Source: Octopus sinensis
Taxonomy: Eukaryota
Direction of reading: 5' to 3'
Length of the DNA stretch: 64,000 nucleotides
Assembly: GCF_006345805.1 (NCBI RefSeq)
Contig: NW_021830458.1
Span: 1,754 to 65,753 of the forward strand
The position numbers and the translations under genes are program-made. Of the stretch, positions 13,613-26,329 are shown in pieces; within the stretch, counting starts at the first letter, position 1, and each line of letters begins with the position of its first letter. Below the pieces are notes generated by a model. The model had not been told where the DNA came from. It did not search any database and was given only the letters and a program-made list of their open reading frames with translations.

Positions 13613-13656
13613 TATCTACTAAAACAAGAAAAAAAAAATTAAATGAGAAAATGTTA

Positions 13657-13822
13657 GGCGTAGGAGGGCTGTGTGGCAGGTGGCTTGCTTACGAACTACA
13701 TGGTTCCGGGTTCACTCCCACTGCGTGGCACCTTGGGCAAGTGTCTTCTACTATAGCCTTAGGCCAACCAAAGCCTTGTGAGTGGCTTTGGTAGACGGAA
13801 ACTGAAAGAAGCCCATCGTATG

Positions 13823-13890
<68 letters not shown>

Positions 13891-14090
13891 GTGTGTGTGT
13901 GTGTGTGTTTGTGTGTCTGTGTTTGTCCCCCCAGCATCGCTTGACAAGGGATGCTGCTGTATTTACGTCTCCGTAACTTAGCGGTTCGGCAAAATAGAAC
14001 GATAGAATAGGTACTAGGCTTACAAAGAATAAATCCTGGGGTCAATGTGCTCGACTAAAGGCGGTGCTCTGACTGAAACAAGTAAAAGAG
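13657..14090 (+). mobile_element. SINE family A, full length, internal (TA)n(TG)n
   Basis: Head GGCGTAGGAGGGCTGTGTGG, body and tail CAAGTAAAAGAG. Confidence 0.9.
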
Positions 14091-14864
14091 TAATTTACTA
14101 ATACTGTGAAAGAAAAATTATAACACAGTATATGATTGGTGTTTCATTTTATCGAGACCAAAATGTGGAAAAGTGAAAGTAACCTAGGTGGGGCTTGAAC
14201 CCAAAACGGACAGAACCAAAGCAACGCTCTAACAATTGTCTATTGACTCACTAATTTCAATACAGCTGTTGAAAATATAATCATATTCTTTTAATAATTT
14301 TGGCTTCGTGATGAATTTCTGAACTCTATCGGTGTATGAGAAAATTAATGGCACGGAGATAAGGCCCCAAACAATTTGTATATGTAATTTGTGCATGTGT
14401 GTGAGTGAAGGAGTGTGTGTGAGTGAGAGTGTGTGTGTGTGTGGTATGCACACGCGTGTACACAGATATACGTACATGCGCACATCCTCCATATATAATA
14501 AAATATCAAATTATCCCTGATTCATGCTGTCTTGTGCATAACACACACATACGTACACACATACATACGTATATAAATACATTATTATGTAGCAAGGTTA
14601 AGTGAAAAGAACCACCAGCTAAATTTTAAATCGTAAACACTAAAGGTCTTTTATTAACGGTTATCAACAGACTTAAACAGGTCAATAGGTTCGTCAATAT
14701 TCAGTTGGAATTAATTTTGACCATTTTTATGAGTGAAGATTTCCTGGCCAAGATGTCTTAATATTACACGTTGGTCGCTTCAGCGATCTGCTCCGTGATA
14801 CAGCCTATTAAAAGTTTTTATAGCAACTTTCCAGAGTAAAATGTGATTCTTCTATCTATCTAGC

Positions 14865-15103
<239 letters not shown>

Positions 15104-15364
15104 GACTTGTTTAAACGAAAGCAATAATTGAGCAGTATCAAAATCAAAAGCGTTCCAGTTATAGCCATCACGTCAGCATATCTTTTTCCAATATATATAT
15201 TTACGACTGTATAAACCAACATATAAATTATTTTTTATATGAGTAATGCATGTATGATTTGAGAGATCCGGCTTCTATTTCTAGCAAGTTAAGAAACTAC
15301 GTAGAAGGTCTCTATTTCTTCTTTCACAGAATATATAAGTGTGTGCTTGTGCATAGAACGGGTT

Positions 15365-15417
<53 letters not shown>

Positions 15418-15509
15418 TAAATGATAAGGGTAGAAATTGATATTAATCAATTAAAAACCAGTGGCTTAGCATATGTAAAAAATCTGAAGATTAAAAATGG
15501 AGTTACATA

Positions 15510-15711
15510 CAAGATTAAGAGGAATGACCACTAAAGTGGAGACCTAATATGCTAAACATAGACGTCAAATCGTCATTACCATTGCTCATTTTTACATTTT
15601 GGCGTTTTGCTGAGATTTTTCTTGAGAACACATTCTTCGTGGTAATAGCACTTTGACGTCTATATTTAGCATATTAGGTGTCCACTTTAGTGGTCATTCC
15701 TCTTAATTTTG
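15510..15711. repeat. Inverted repeat, 60-bp arms (57/60 match), 82-nt spacer
   Basis: 15510-15569 is the reverse complement of 15652-15711 with 3 mismatches. Confidence 0.9.
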
Positions 15712-15852
15712 TGTGCGTGGGCAGTCGAACGAAAGAGTCACTCAACACTTATTTAATGCATTATTAATTAAAACTGCTTGATTGACCGAATCAAACTGTT
15801 GTTTTAAACGATGTAAATGCACACACACACACACACACACACACATACGCAA

Positions 15853-15898
<46 letters not shown>

Positions 15899-15951
15899 GA
15901 AATATTAAAATTACTAAGTCTCTCTAAAGGAGATTACGGCAGCGTTACTGG

Positions 15952-16254
15952 ATATTAATAGTTATCGCCATACTAATATGGCAGTCTAAATATAAGACTA
16001 AAGCTGTCGCTGATTAGCTCCAAGAGGCCACCGCCTCTAGCTAGCTATATGACACACGAACCTGCGTCCATTACAACCTTCGAACAGGGGAGGTCAGCCG
16101 CTTCACCTTGCTAGTCCCCTTTTCGAAGGTTGTAATGGACGCAGGTTCGTGTGTCATATAGCTAGCTAGAGGCGGTGGCCTCTTGGAGCTAATCAGCGAC
16201 AGCTTTAGTCTTATATTTAGACTGCCATATTAGTATGGCGATAACTATTAATAT
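15952..16254. repeat. Near-perfect inverted repeat, 140-bp arms (139/140), 23-nt loop
   Basis: 15952-16091 is the reverse complement of 16115-16254 with a single C/A mismatch. Confidence 0.95.
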
Positions 16255-16265
16255 ATATATATATA

Positions 16266-16806
16266 TAGGGTGTCCCAAAATTAAGGCAACCGAAGTTTCA
16301 GGCTTTAATAAATCTCAATAAATGTGATAAGATATGAAAATTATTCATCATTATAAAAGCTTAGTATGTCTTTTTGTTTCAGACTAGATAATTTCAGATT
16401 TATTAATTAGATAATGGCTATAGACCAAAATACAATCAACAAAGGAGGCGAAAGTAATACAGCTATAGCAGAAAGGCTTAAAATTAACCGAACAACAATC
16501 TTGAAAATTGTCAAGAAATTTCAAGAGACTGGTTCCTCCGCTCATCGACCTGGACGCGGTCGAAAAAGAATTACGTGGACCCCTCAGCTTGTCAAAAGTA
16601 CCAGAGAAAAGATACGGTGAAATCCTGGTCGTTCGTCAGAAAAACTGGCTGCCGCAACAAAAATTAGTCGAACGTCGTTGTATCGAGCGCTGAAGGAGGA
16701 TCTCAGAACCCACCCCTAGAAGATGATCCGTCGTCATGAGTTCACGCAAGTTTATATGGCCAAAGGCGACTCTGACAGGAGTTTCTCGCTTAAAAGCGGT
16801 TTTCAA
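16266..16806 (+). mobile_element. Tc1/mariner-superfamily (maT/DD37D-like) transposon 5' fragment
   Basis: Starts with TIR-like TAGGGTGTCCCAAAATT after (TA)n; encodes GESNTAIAERLKINRTTILKIVKKFQETGS..RPGRGRKR..IR*NPGRSSEKLAAATKISRTSLYRALKEDL (paired-like HTH, GRPR-like linker). No catalytic domain, so the subfamily is tentative. Confidence 0.8.
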
Positions 16807-17007
16807 ACGGATGTTGAAAACCGCTTTTAAGCAAGAAAATCCTATCAGTCACCTTTTGTAAACTTATAAACTTATAAACTTGTAAACTTATAAACATCTA
16901 ATTATTAAAGTGGAAAAATTGTCAGAAAAGCCGTTTCTATTCATTTTTTAAGTATATTATACTGTACCAAGGATTTTCTACTTTTTATTATACTAATAGG
17001 ACGTTTT

Positions 17008-17008
17008 A

Positions 17009-17087
<79 letters not shown>

Positions 17088-17088
17088 A
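17008..17088. repeat. (ATCT)n microsatellite
   Basis: Directly visible. Confidence 0.95.
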
Positions 17089-17099
17089 TTTTATTTATT

Positions 17100-17136
<37 letters not shown>

Positions 17137-17236
17137 TAATCCAAACATGAAAACAGAAAGAGAAAACACAACAACGCGAGGACGTGGAACAAGTATAGTG
17201 TTATTGGACGCTCAGGAAAGGAAAGAAAGAAGGAGG

Positions 17237-17271
17237 ATTTAACGTTTCGAGCGGAGCTCTTCGTCAGAAAC
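17237..17271 (-). ncRNA. Minimal type I hammerhead-ribozyme-like motif
   Basis: Minus strand GUUU-CUGACGA-A-GAGC-UCC-GCUC-GAAACGUU-AAAU: CUGANGA and GAAA cores, 4-bp stem II, ACGU palindrome in place of stem III, short stem I. Confidence 0.6.
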
Positions 17272-17408
17272 ATAGAAAAAGGAAAGATCCAAGGAAGGGA
17301 AGACGGAGGAAAAAATTCGCCAACGATACAAACACGGTCACATATTGAATATATATGTATTATATATATATATATATTTATATATAATACAGCTATATTA
17401 GCTATATA

Positions 17409-17643
17409 GGTGTAGGCGTGGCTGTATAGTAAGAAGTTTGCTTCCCAAACACATGGTTTCGGGTTCAGTGTCACTGCGTGGTATCTTGGGTATCTTCTAC
17501 TATAGTTTCGGGCTAACTTGTGAGTGGATTTGATAGATGGAAACTGAAAGAAGCCAGTCTTATGTTTATGTCACTCTTTCTCTCCTCTCTCCACCCTTTC
17601 TCTCTCTCTCTATATATATATACACACACATACACACATACAT

Positions 17644-17705
<62 letters not shown>

Positions 17706-17926
17706 TATATACAAGTTTCTTATATATAAGAGTGTGTGTCTGTGTTTCTCTTCACCTCCCTTGACGACCAATGTTGGTGTGCTTACGTTTTCGTATCTTA
17801 GCAGTTCGGCAATAGAGACCGATAGAGTAAGTCCAAGGCTTAAAAAAAAATCAATACAGGGGCCGATTCGTTCGACTAAAATTCTTGAAGGTGTTACCCC
17901 AGCATAACTGCAGTCTAAAGACAAAA
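17409..17926 (+). mobile_element. SINE family A, diverged, expanded internal microsatellite
   Basis: Head GGTGTAGGCGTGGCTGTATAGTAAG; tail CCCCAGCATAACTGCAGTCTAA. Confidence 0.8.
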
Positions 17927-18767
17927 TATTCATACATAAAATGTGTGATTGTGTGTGTGTACTTGAATGCAGTCAGTTGGCAAGATTTCAGGCGTGACCT
18001 TTCTCTTATCTGTGTCAATCCCCTTTTACAACGCATGAAATCAAGATATGCTCTGGAACCCACCAAGAAACAGCACTTTTTTGTTCTACACCTACCATTT
18101 GCGAGGATTTGTGTGTGAAGTCTAGTTTAATAAAACTATACACCTCACCACGAACCATCATCAACAAAAGACAAAAGACCTGAAAATAGCCACACTAAAA
18201 GTGGAAGAAATTGCATGTGAATGACATGGTAGCATAAAGTATCTGTACGTGAACATGTTCCGAGTGAATTGTTCATGCACTGCACGCAAAACAATTGTTT
18301 TTATTAAGGCAAACTATCAGGTTTTATTTGAGACTGGTTCATCATATAGTCATTCACGGACCGAGGTTACTACAGGGGTATAAAGTGTCTCAACATTCAC
18401 TTATTGCTATTGCAGCGCGCTCGTGCCTGCTTTCAGTCCAGTTATATCTACTCCTACTATTCCTAGGTACACGTAGACATCTTGCTGGATGATTCTATAC
18501 ATTTGAAAAACCCTGTTGTTATTCTTTTTGTTTTTCTGTCGAGTTTTAAAGCCTGGTTAGCAGGAATGTCGGTTTAATTAACCATGATCCCATCATGTAA
18601 CTGGCTGTCCTGGACTATATGCTACCAGTTGCGCTAAAAGCGACCTCTCTCTCTCTCTCTTTCTCTCTCACGCACACACACACACACACACCCCAGATAC
18701 AGACACATACGAACAGACACACATACAGACACACATACAAACAGACAAATACGCACACACACACACA

Positions 18768-19518
18768 AATAACTGGCGTGCCGTCGGTTACGATGAGGAG
18801 GGTTCTAGTTGATCCGATCAACGGAACAGCCTGCTCGTGAAATTAATATACAAGTGGCCGAGCACTCCATAGACACGTATACTTTTAACGCAGTTCTCAA
18901 GGAGATTCAGCGTGACACACAATGTGACAAGGTCGGCCATTTTAATTATAGGTACTATTCTTTTTAGGATCGCAATGTTGGAAAACAACCAAAAGTATTG
19001 AAAAGAAATTCGAGGTGTTTCAAAATAAATGTTTAGGAAAAATTTTGAAGGTCTACTGGCCGAATATGATCCCGATTAGCCAACTACACACTAAGGCTAA
19101 AGTGAAACCAATAAGAGAAACTATTGAAGCAAGGAAATGGAAATGGCTGGGTCGAGTTTGTCGATATAAATCGAACTCAATTGTCAGGATCGCTATGCAA
19201 TGGGTTCCTCAAGGTAAAAGAAGACACGACCGACCAAAGGAAATACAGTGGAGAACAATATCAAAAGATCTTAAAAGCAGAAGGTTAATAATGGAATAAG
19301 TTGGCAAGGACGCTTTCAGTGTTAAAAGGTGGAATGATCTTATTGTCGCTTCAGGTTCCATAAGGCACAATGAGAACCGAATGAATGAATATGAATGGTT
19401 CTTTCTTTGCCAACTGAGTGGATTGGAGCAACGTGAAATAACGCACTGTCGGGAATCGAGCTCATGACCTTTGGATCATGAGACGAATACCCTAACAACG
19501 AAGCTGCGTGACTTCACC
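18768..19518 (-). mobile_element. SINE family E split by an RTE insertion
   Basis: 18768-18960 matches the 3' part and 19393-19518 the head of the intact copy at 31708-32018. Confidence 0.75.
18961..19392 (+). mobile_element. RTE-clade LINE 3' fragment
   Basis: SQCWKTTKSIEKKFEVFQNKCLGKILKVYWPN..RKWKWLGRVCR..AMQWVPQGKRRHDRPKEIQWRT is a typical RTE C-terminus (R.RWLGHV.R, W.P.GKR..GRP); (ATGA)n tail. Confidence 0.85.
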
Positions 19519-20254
19519 ACATACACAAATAGACACACACGAACAGCCATATATATACTCATGCACAAGGCGTGCATACCCACACAATCACACACACACA
19601 AACACACAGACAGACAAGACAGACAGACAGACAGACACACACACACACTCACACACACACACACTTACACACACACACACATACACACACACCACACACA
19701 AACACAAACAAACAAACAGAGAAACGCGCACACACGAGCAGCGTTATGTACATATGAGCACTATCATACCGCAGATAAAGTCTTCAATGAAAAGCTCCAA
19801 TGACATTTTTTGCATTAAGCCAAGATTAATAGAGAAATCTTCAATATTGATTTTATTAAAATGTTAAAACGAGAGTATCATTTATTTCCTTATTAATAGC
19901 ATTGCCGATTATCAAACGGTGTGTCTCGAGATTCACGTATGCCACATTTCTGTCAATTATGACTGTTAATTCTACTCCCAACGCTCTACTTAATACCGAT
20001 TAGGCTCCTTTGAGCCCTAAGTGGGGTTTTTAAATGCTGGAATATAAACAATACACATTCTAAATGATGGATGTTTATGACAGACCCTTTGCTCTTTTTT
20101 ATGGAATAATTTTTCTGTATTTACATTTAATTCAATTTGGCTTCTTCTACTGGAAGAGCGGGAAGAGATGCTAACAGTAAAGGAAGTAGCAGTGAGTAAC
20201 CCCTTGTTATCGAAAAAAAATGGCGAAATAGTTTTCTAATGAATATTCTATCTT

Positions 20255-20890
20255 TTTCTTGTTTCTGTCATTGGACTGCTGCCATGCTGGGGCACCACTT
20301 TGAAAAGTTTAGTCGAACACATCGTCCCCAGTACGCATTATTTTCAAAGTCAGGGACTTATTCTATCAGTCTCTTTCGCAGAAACGTTATGATACGGGGA
20401 TGTATACAAACAAACACCGGATGACAAGCCTCGGTGGTGGAGGACAAGTATAAAAACAAAGAGAGACACATATATACACACATACATAGATACATGCATA
20501 CATACATAGTACATACATTACATACATACATACATACATAGTACTTACATACATACATACATACATACATACGTGATACATATATAGATACACACAGACA
20601 TGTATACGTAATATATACATACTTAGATACATACATAATACAAACATACATACATTCACACTTACATAGTTATACATACATGCATACATACATACTTATA
20701 TACGTAATACATCCATACATACATTTTTTTTACAATGGGCTTTCGTATACTTTCGATCCACCAAATTCACCAGAAGGTATTGGACAGCCAGGGCTATAAA
20801 AGTAAGTCGCCCAAGGTACCACTCAGTGGGAGTGAACTCGAAACCACGTGATGCAAAGCGAGCTTCTTAACTGCACTATCACGACTGGCC
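20255..20890 (-). mobile_element. SINE family A, old copy with expanded (TACA)n interior
   Basis: 3' half at 20255-20450 (TGCTGCCATGCTGGGGCACCAC), 5' half at 20720-20890 (CCCAAGGTACC). Confidence 0.7.
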
Positions 20891-21404
20891 CTGAAAATAA
20901 GTTTTAAAATAAATACATATGCAGAAACCACCCTCACAAACACAGTTACAACTTGACATCCTTAAGCACAAACTTGGAAGACTACGATAACTATGACATC
21001 ACCACCATCAAAGGACTCATTGAACCCCTAAAATGCTTACCGATGCACTTTACGTCTACCGTTATCCAAAATAATGAGTGTTAAGTGAAAAGAGTGGTTT
21101 GCTGCTCTGGATTACCTGTAGGAAAACACAAGGATTTTGATTAGAGACATCGGTAATAATGTTTATCTCTGGCTTGTTTTGATTTTTGTATGGGCGGGAG
21201 GTCAATGATAGAATTGCGAGAGGAGATATGTAGTCAGAAAAGGTCACAATAAACTGGAAAATCATCAACAACAGTCAAAAGTAAGCCATAAAAACATACT
21301 AGAGCTATCAAGGTGTAGAAACGAAGAGTAGCAAAGAGCAAAAACATTGTTGTTAATATGTAGAAGAAAGGATCATAAGAGGACTTTTGGTTTGGAAATT
21401 CTGG

Positions 21405-22022
21405 AGGAAAGGACGAGAAGCAAAGTCGACTTTGGCGTAATTTGAACTCAGAAAGCAAAATCGGAAGAAATATTCCTAAGCATTTTGTCCGGCGTGCTAA
21501 CGTGCTAACGTGCTAACCAGTGCGTAACTGGTACTTAATTTATCGACCCTGAAAGGATGGAAGGCAAAGTAGACTTCGGCGGAATTTGAACTCAGAACGT
21601 AACGGCAGACGAAATATCTATTTCTTTACTACCCACAAGGGGTTAAACACAGAAGGGACAAACAAGGACAGACAAACGGATTAAGCCGATTATATCGAAC
21701 CCGAAAGGATGAAAAGCAAGTCGACCTCGGCAGAATTTGAACTCAGAACGTAACGACAGACGAAATACCGCTAAGCATTTCGCCCGGCGTACTAACGTTT
21801 CTGGCAGCTCAGCACCTTAGCGTTTGTGAAAATAATGGGTTCAAATTTTGACACAAAGCCAGTAGTTTCGAGGATTTCGGGGGATGTGTTGAATCGATTA
21901 CATAGACTCCAGTCCGCAACTGGTTCTTATATTATCGACCGCGAAAAGATGAAAGGCAAAGTCGACCACGGCGTAATTTGAGCTTAGAACGGCGCTCTAA
22001 CGGTTCTGCCACTCACCGCCTT
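21405..22022 (-). mobile_element. Stack of SINE family B copies/units
   Basis: At least four GTCGAC(C/T)..GG..AATTTGAACTCAGAA cores; tail TATTTCTTTACTACCCACAAGGGG near 21620. Confidence 0.85.
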
Positions 22023-22479
22023 AATGTTGGTAGAAATAATATTAGAATATTGTCACAAGTTAAGCAGGTGTGACCAGAAAATATGAGATGAGTTTTTTTT
22101 GTCGCTTCCCACACATGCGGTATTAAGTAGCTCTTTTGCGTACATCAAATCCCAATATAAATAGAAGCAGGCGGTAGCGAGTAGGTGCACTTTAACATGA
22201 CCTAACTGTGGGCTTTTGCTCATTCGTGGGTGAACAACTCTAAATACTTCTGTAGTTACTTTCGTAACTGATAACTTGTTTTATTTATTATGTTTTTTCT
22301 CTGTAATTATTTCTGTCCTTAGTTTTGTTCCTGACCCACTCCAATCGTTTATAACTTTATGTAAATGTTTTGTTCATCTCCACACGTTTTTCTCACCCTA
22401 ACTAGTTTTTATGTTTCGCATAATTATATGTATGAATGAAATTGAATTTAAGTGCCTTCAAAGGCCCAAATAAATGAAA

Positions 22480-22548
22480 TTCTTCTTCTTCTTCTTCTTC
22501 TTCTTCTTCTTCTTCTTCTTCTTCTTCTTCTCATTATTATTATTATTA

Positions 22549-22605
<57 letters not shown>

Positions 22606-22850
22606 GCAGTATTTCACCCGTCGCTACGTTCTGAGTTCAAATCCCGCCGAGGTCGACTTTGTTTTCATCCTTTCGTGGTCGATAAATTAAGTACCAGTTG
22701 CGCGTACTGGGATCGAGCTAATCGACTGGCCCGTTCCTCCAAAATTTCGGGCCTTGTGCCTAGAGTAAAGATTCTTCTTCTTCTTCTTCTTCTTCTTCTT
22801 CTTCTTCTTCTTCTTCTCTTCTTCTCTTCTTCTTCTTCTTCTTCTTCTTC
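22480..22850. repeat. (CTT)n/(ATT)n microsatellites flanking a headless SINE B (22604-22768, +)
   Basis: Directly visible; SINE core GAGTTCAAATCCCGCCGAGGTCGAC. Confidence 0.85.
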
Positions 22851-23749
22851 ACTGTGGACAAATAAAAACGTGTGTTTCTTATTCGATCAGAAAAGAAAAG
22901 AGGGCTATACCAGTGAGAGAAACCTTCCCATGGTCTGGAGTTTCCACTTACAAGCAGACTTTCTCAAAAAGAAAGAAAGAAAGAAACAAACAAACAAACA
23001 AAAATGCCAACAATTCAAAGCACAAACGAAAAAATATCAAATAGAGAAAAAATATAAAAAATAATAAAAATACACCTGATACGAAGGTAGCCTTCAACTT
23101 TGTTGGCCTTGTACCTAAATAAGAGGCCATTGTTATCTATTTATTTTGTATTTAATGTAATTAAATCCCGTACTGCTTCTGAAAGCACAACAACTATTTT
23201 CCCTAGCCGCAAAATCAAAAGCATTGCCGCACTTTTTATTATCTCTAGATGGCTGTTTTGGTGATCAGAATAAAAGGCGGCAGACAGAGGACTTCGCTCG
23301 GATGAGGAAAATATTAATATTTATCGAAAGCATTAATATTTATAGAAAATATTAATATTCATATAATCGTCAATGCAGGAGAAGAACAGAAACGCCCACA
23401 CAGTGGGTTATAGCACTTGCAAATATAGTTGCAACGATAATAGTTATAAGAGATTGAAGTAAAAATGTGCAGCAAAGTGTTGCATGAATAAATCGTCGAT
23501 TAAAATAAGAAATCGCTTGTTTCGCCATTATGAATATCTTAGTTTGATGCAAAAACTTTGAAGCCAGGACGTCGGGTTTTAGATGAAATGAAGGGTTGAT
23601 GATCCCGAAATTGATCATCAAAAATATAACCAAGGAACCTCCATGTTTGATCTGCTAGAAATAATGAGCTCGCCACTGAGTGCCCTGGGAATAAATCTTG
23701 CACAAATCTTACACATGTTCAATCTTCATGAATAGTTCTGTGTATAGTT

Positions 23750-24050
23750 GAGGTACATGGCCTAGTGGTTAGAGCTGCGGACTCGTGCTCGAGGGATCGC
23801 GGGTTCGAATCTCAGACTGGGCGATGTGTGTGTGTTTACGAGCGAAACACCTAAGCTCCATGCGGCTCCGGAAGAAGGTAATGGCGAACTTCTGCTGACT
23901 CTTTCGCCACAACTTTCTCTTACTCTTTCCTCCTGCATCTAACAGCTCACCTATGACCGACCGTCGTCACGTCCAGGTGGGGAACCTATATGCCAAAAAA
24001 CCGGTAAACCGAGCCTTATGAGCCAAGCAGGGCTCAAGAAGGAACAAACA
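23750..24050 (+). mobile_element. SINE family D-like, full length
   Basis: Head TGGCCTAGTGGTTAGAGCTGCGGACTCG..GGGTTCGAATCTC; body TTTCGCCACAACTTTCTCT shared with the 60745-61041 copy. Confidence 0.8.
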
Positions 24051-24064
24051 TCACCGACATAGTT

Positions 24065-24315
24065 GCCATACCGACTCCAAACTGTACGCTTATTGTCTTT
24101 ATTACCACACGACAATCTTCTACGAATTTCCTCAACCAGTTTTGCTGCTCTGATGTTCGTCTATCTGCCACACCACTCATAATCTCTCACTGCCTCTCTG
24201 CCATCCTTGAACTTCTTGTGCCAGCGTAGAAGCTAATCCATTAGCAGTCTGGAACGTTTCATATATTTCTGTAGCGTTTTTTGCATAGTCTAACACAAAA
24301 TTTTGTTTCATAGTG
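24065..24315 (-). mobile_element. Mariner transposase N-terminal fragment
   Basis: Frameshifted KFCVRLCKNATEIYETFQT..RWHKKFKDGREAVRDYE resembles IKF......A.E...RW.K.F..GR..V.D. Confidence 0.75.
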
Positions 24316-25419
24316 TGCGACGAGCAGTGTTGAGCAGGGAGTGCTTAAAATGCTGTTACAACCGTCTCCTTTAATCTGGAATAACAAAAGTTGGCATGTC
24401 AGTTTATTAGATACATAATAATCTATAATAATAAAAGAAATATTCTGTCTGTCCGTCTGGGACCCCTGTATCTCAGCCTACATATGCTCTACATTGACGT
24501 ATTATACCTTTTTTGGAATAAGAATGATCCTGAGATTGAAAATCTCCCCTTCATTTAGTTCTTGAACATCCATCATTGGAATCTGATTTAAAAGCATTTG
24601 GGTTGCTGTTTCTAGTAGGTAATGTTTGGCTGATTCACACCATCGTGGTGGCACTTGTCAGATGACGTCAGAGATCAAGGGGGAGATAAATGACATTTGC
24701 TTTGTTAACTTTATGTCGAGATAAGAACTTTGAGACAAATTGGTCCACAGTTAGAATTCAAATTGGGACTGGAACAAAAGAATGATTGCATTACAGAATT
24801 AATTCTCATCTGCCCTTAACCTCTGATCAAACACCACCAGGACTTATAGTCTTTATAGGCGTATTATAGTCATGCTATTTAGCTCTCTTTAGTTTTGGGC
24901 TACAGGCCCAATTAGCCCTCCGCAGGAACTAACTTTAAAAGTCCGCACGGAGTGCAGCTCTTAAACTAGTAATAAACTAAAATTATGATTTCAGTATATT
25001 ATTATTACATTACACTTTTAACTGCGTCTCCTAAAAAAAGTTTCAACACTTCTGAAATTCTCCTCGTACCTATATCATATACCACACACACACACACACA
25101 CCACACACACACACACACACACACTCTATACCACTGAGTACTGCATAAATCTGAAGTGCATGATATCGCAGGATTTGTACAAGAGTTGTCTATATGTGCT
25201 TCAAACGAAATGCAGAACTCTCTAATATAAGGGAGGAAACTCCGATCCCTTTCTTTGTCGTTCATGTCAGTTGTGTAACAAAATCATAACAGGACTGGAT
25301 GCACCCAAAATTACCATAAGGAGAGAAAGAATAAGGACTAATACATCTGCTATAGAAGCAGAAAAATGTAATAAGAAATAGCTAAACTACAAGAAGAAGA
25401 GCTGCAACAACGACGAGGG

Positions 25420-25978
25420 GAATAATCGACTATAGCAACCCCAAAACTCAACTTGAGTTCAGAAGAATGAAAGGCAGAGCCGACCTCAACGGTATTTCAA
25501 TGTAGAAGGTGGCGAGCTGGCAGAAACGTTAGCACGCCGGGTGAAATGTGTAGCCGTATTTCGTTCGTCTGCCGTTACGTTCTGAGTTCAAATTCCGCCG
25601 AGGTCGACTTTAACTTTCATCCTTTCGGGGTCGATAAATTAAGTACCAGTTGTGTACTGGGGTCGATATAATCGACTTAATCCGTTGGTCTGTCCTTGTT
25701 TGTCCTCTCTGTGTTTAGCCCCTTGTGGGTAATAAAGAAATAGGTATTTCAATGTAGAGAGCCGAAAGCATTGCTACTAAGCATTTTGTCTGATTGTTTC
25801 AAGTTTTGGCACCTGGCCAGCAATTTTAGAGGAGGGGAATAATCGATTACATCGACCTCAGAACGCAACTAGTACTTATTTTATCGACCCCGAAAGGCAA
25901 AGTCGACCTAAGCAGAATTTGAAAGAACGTAAAATATCGGAAGAAATGCCGACAATTCTGCCAGCTCTCTGTTTCAAT
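25420..25978. mobile_element. SINE B cluster: young + copy at 25505-25745 between old - copies
   Basis: Core and tail motifs as in other B copies. Confidence 0.8.
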
Positions 25979-26209
25979 GCGCACATTGATATTATATTAT
26001 CAAATATAAAAATGTACAAATACGAGAGAGATCAAAGGGTATGGTTGATGTTGTGGCGGTTATACATGTTTGTTTGGAGTTGGGGTTAACGTAAAACGAT
26101 GCTCGTATCGTGTTGTTACCAATCAGAGAGATTACACTGTGTGGGAAGCTCCTCCTACGGCTTGGCTGATGCCAGACACGACTGACATTTCGACTTTTGA
26201 CAGTGATCA

Positions 26210-26210
26210 T

Positions 26211-26241
<31 letters not shown>

Positions 26242-26286
26242 ACCACCACCACCACCACCACCATCACCACCACCACCTCCACCACC

Positions 26287-26329
<43 letters not shown>

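Noticed and set aside
24421-24560. Helitron-like 5' end (A|TCTATAATAATAAAAG..CTGTCTGTCC)
   Set aside because: No 3' hairpin plus CTRR terminus found, so the call cannot be supported.
25005-25265. 86-aa minus-strand ORF MNDKERDRSFLPYIREF...
   Set aside because: Runs through a (TG)n tract, has no convincing splice sites and no recognised motif.
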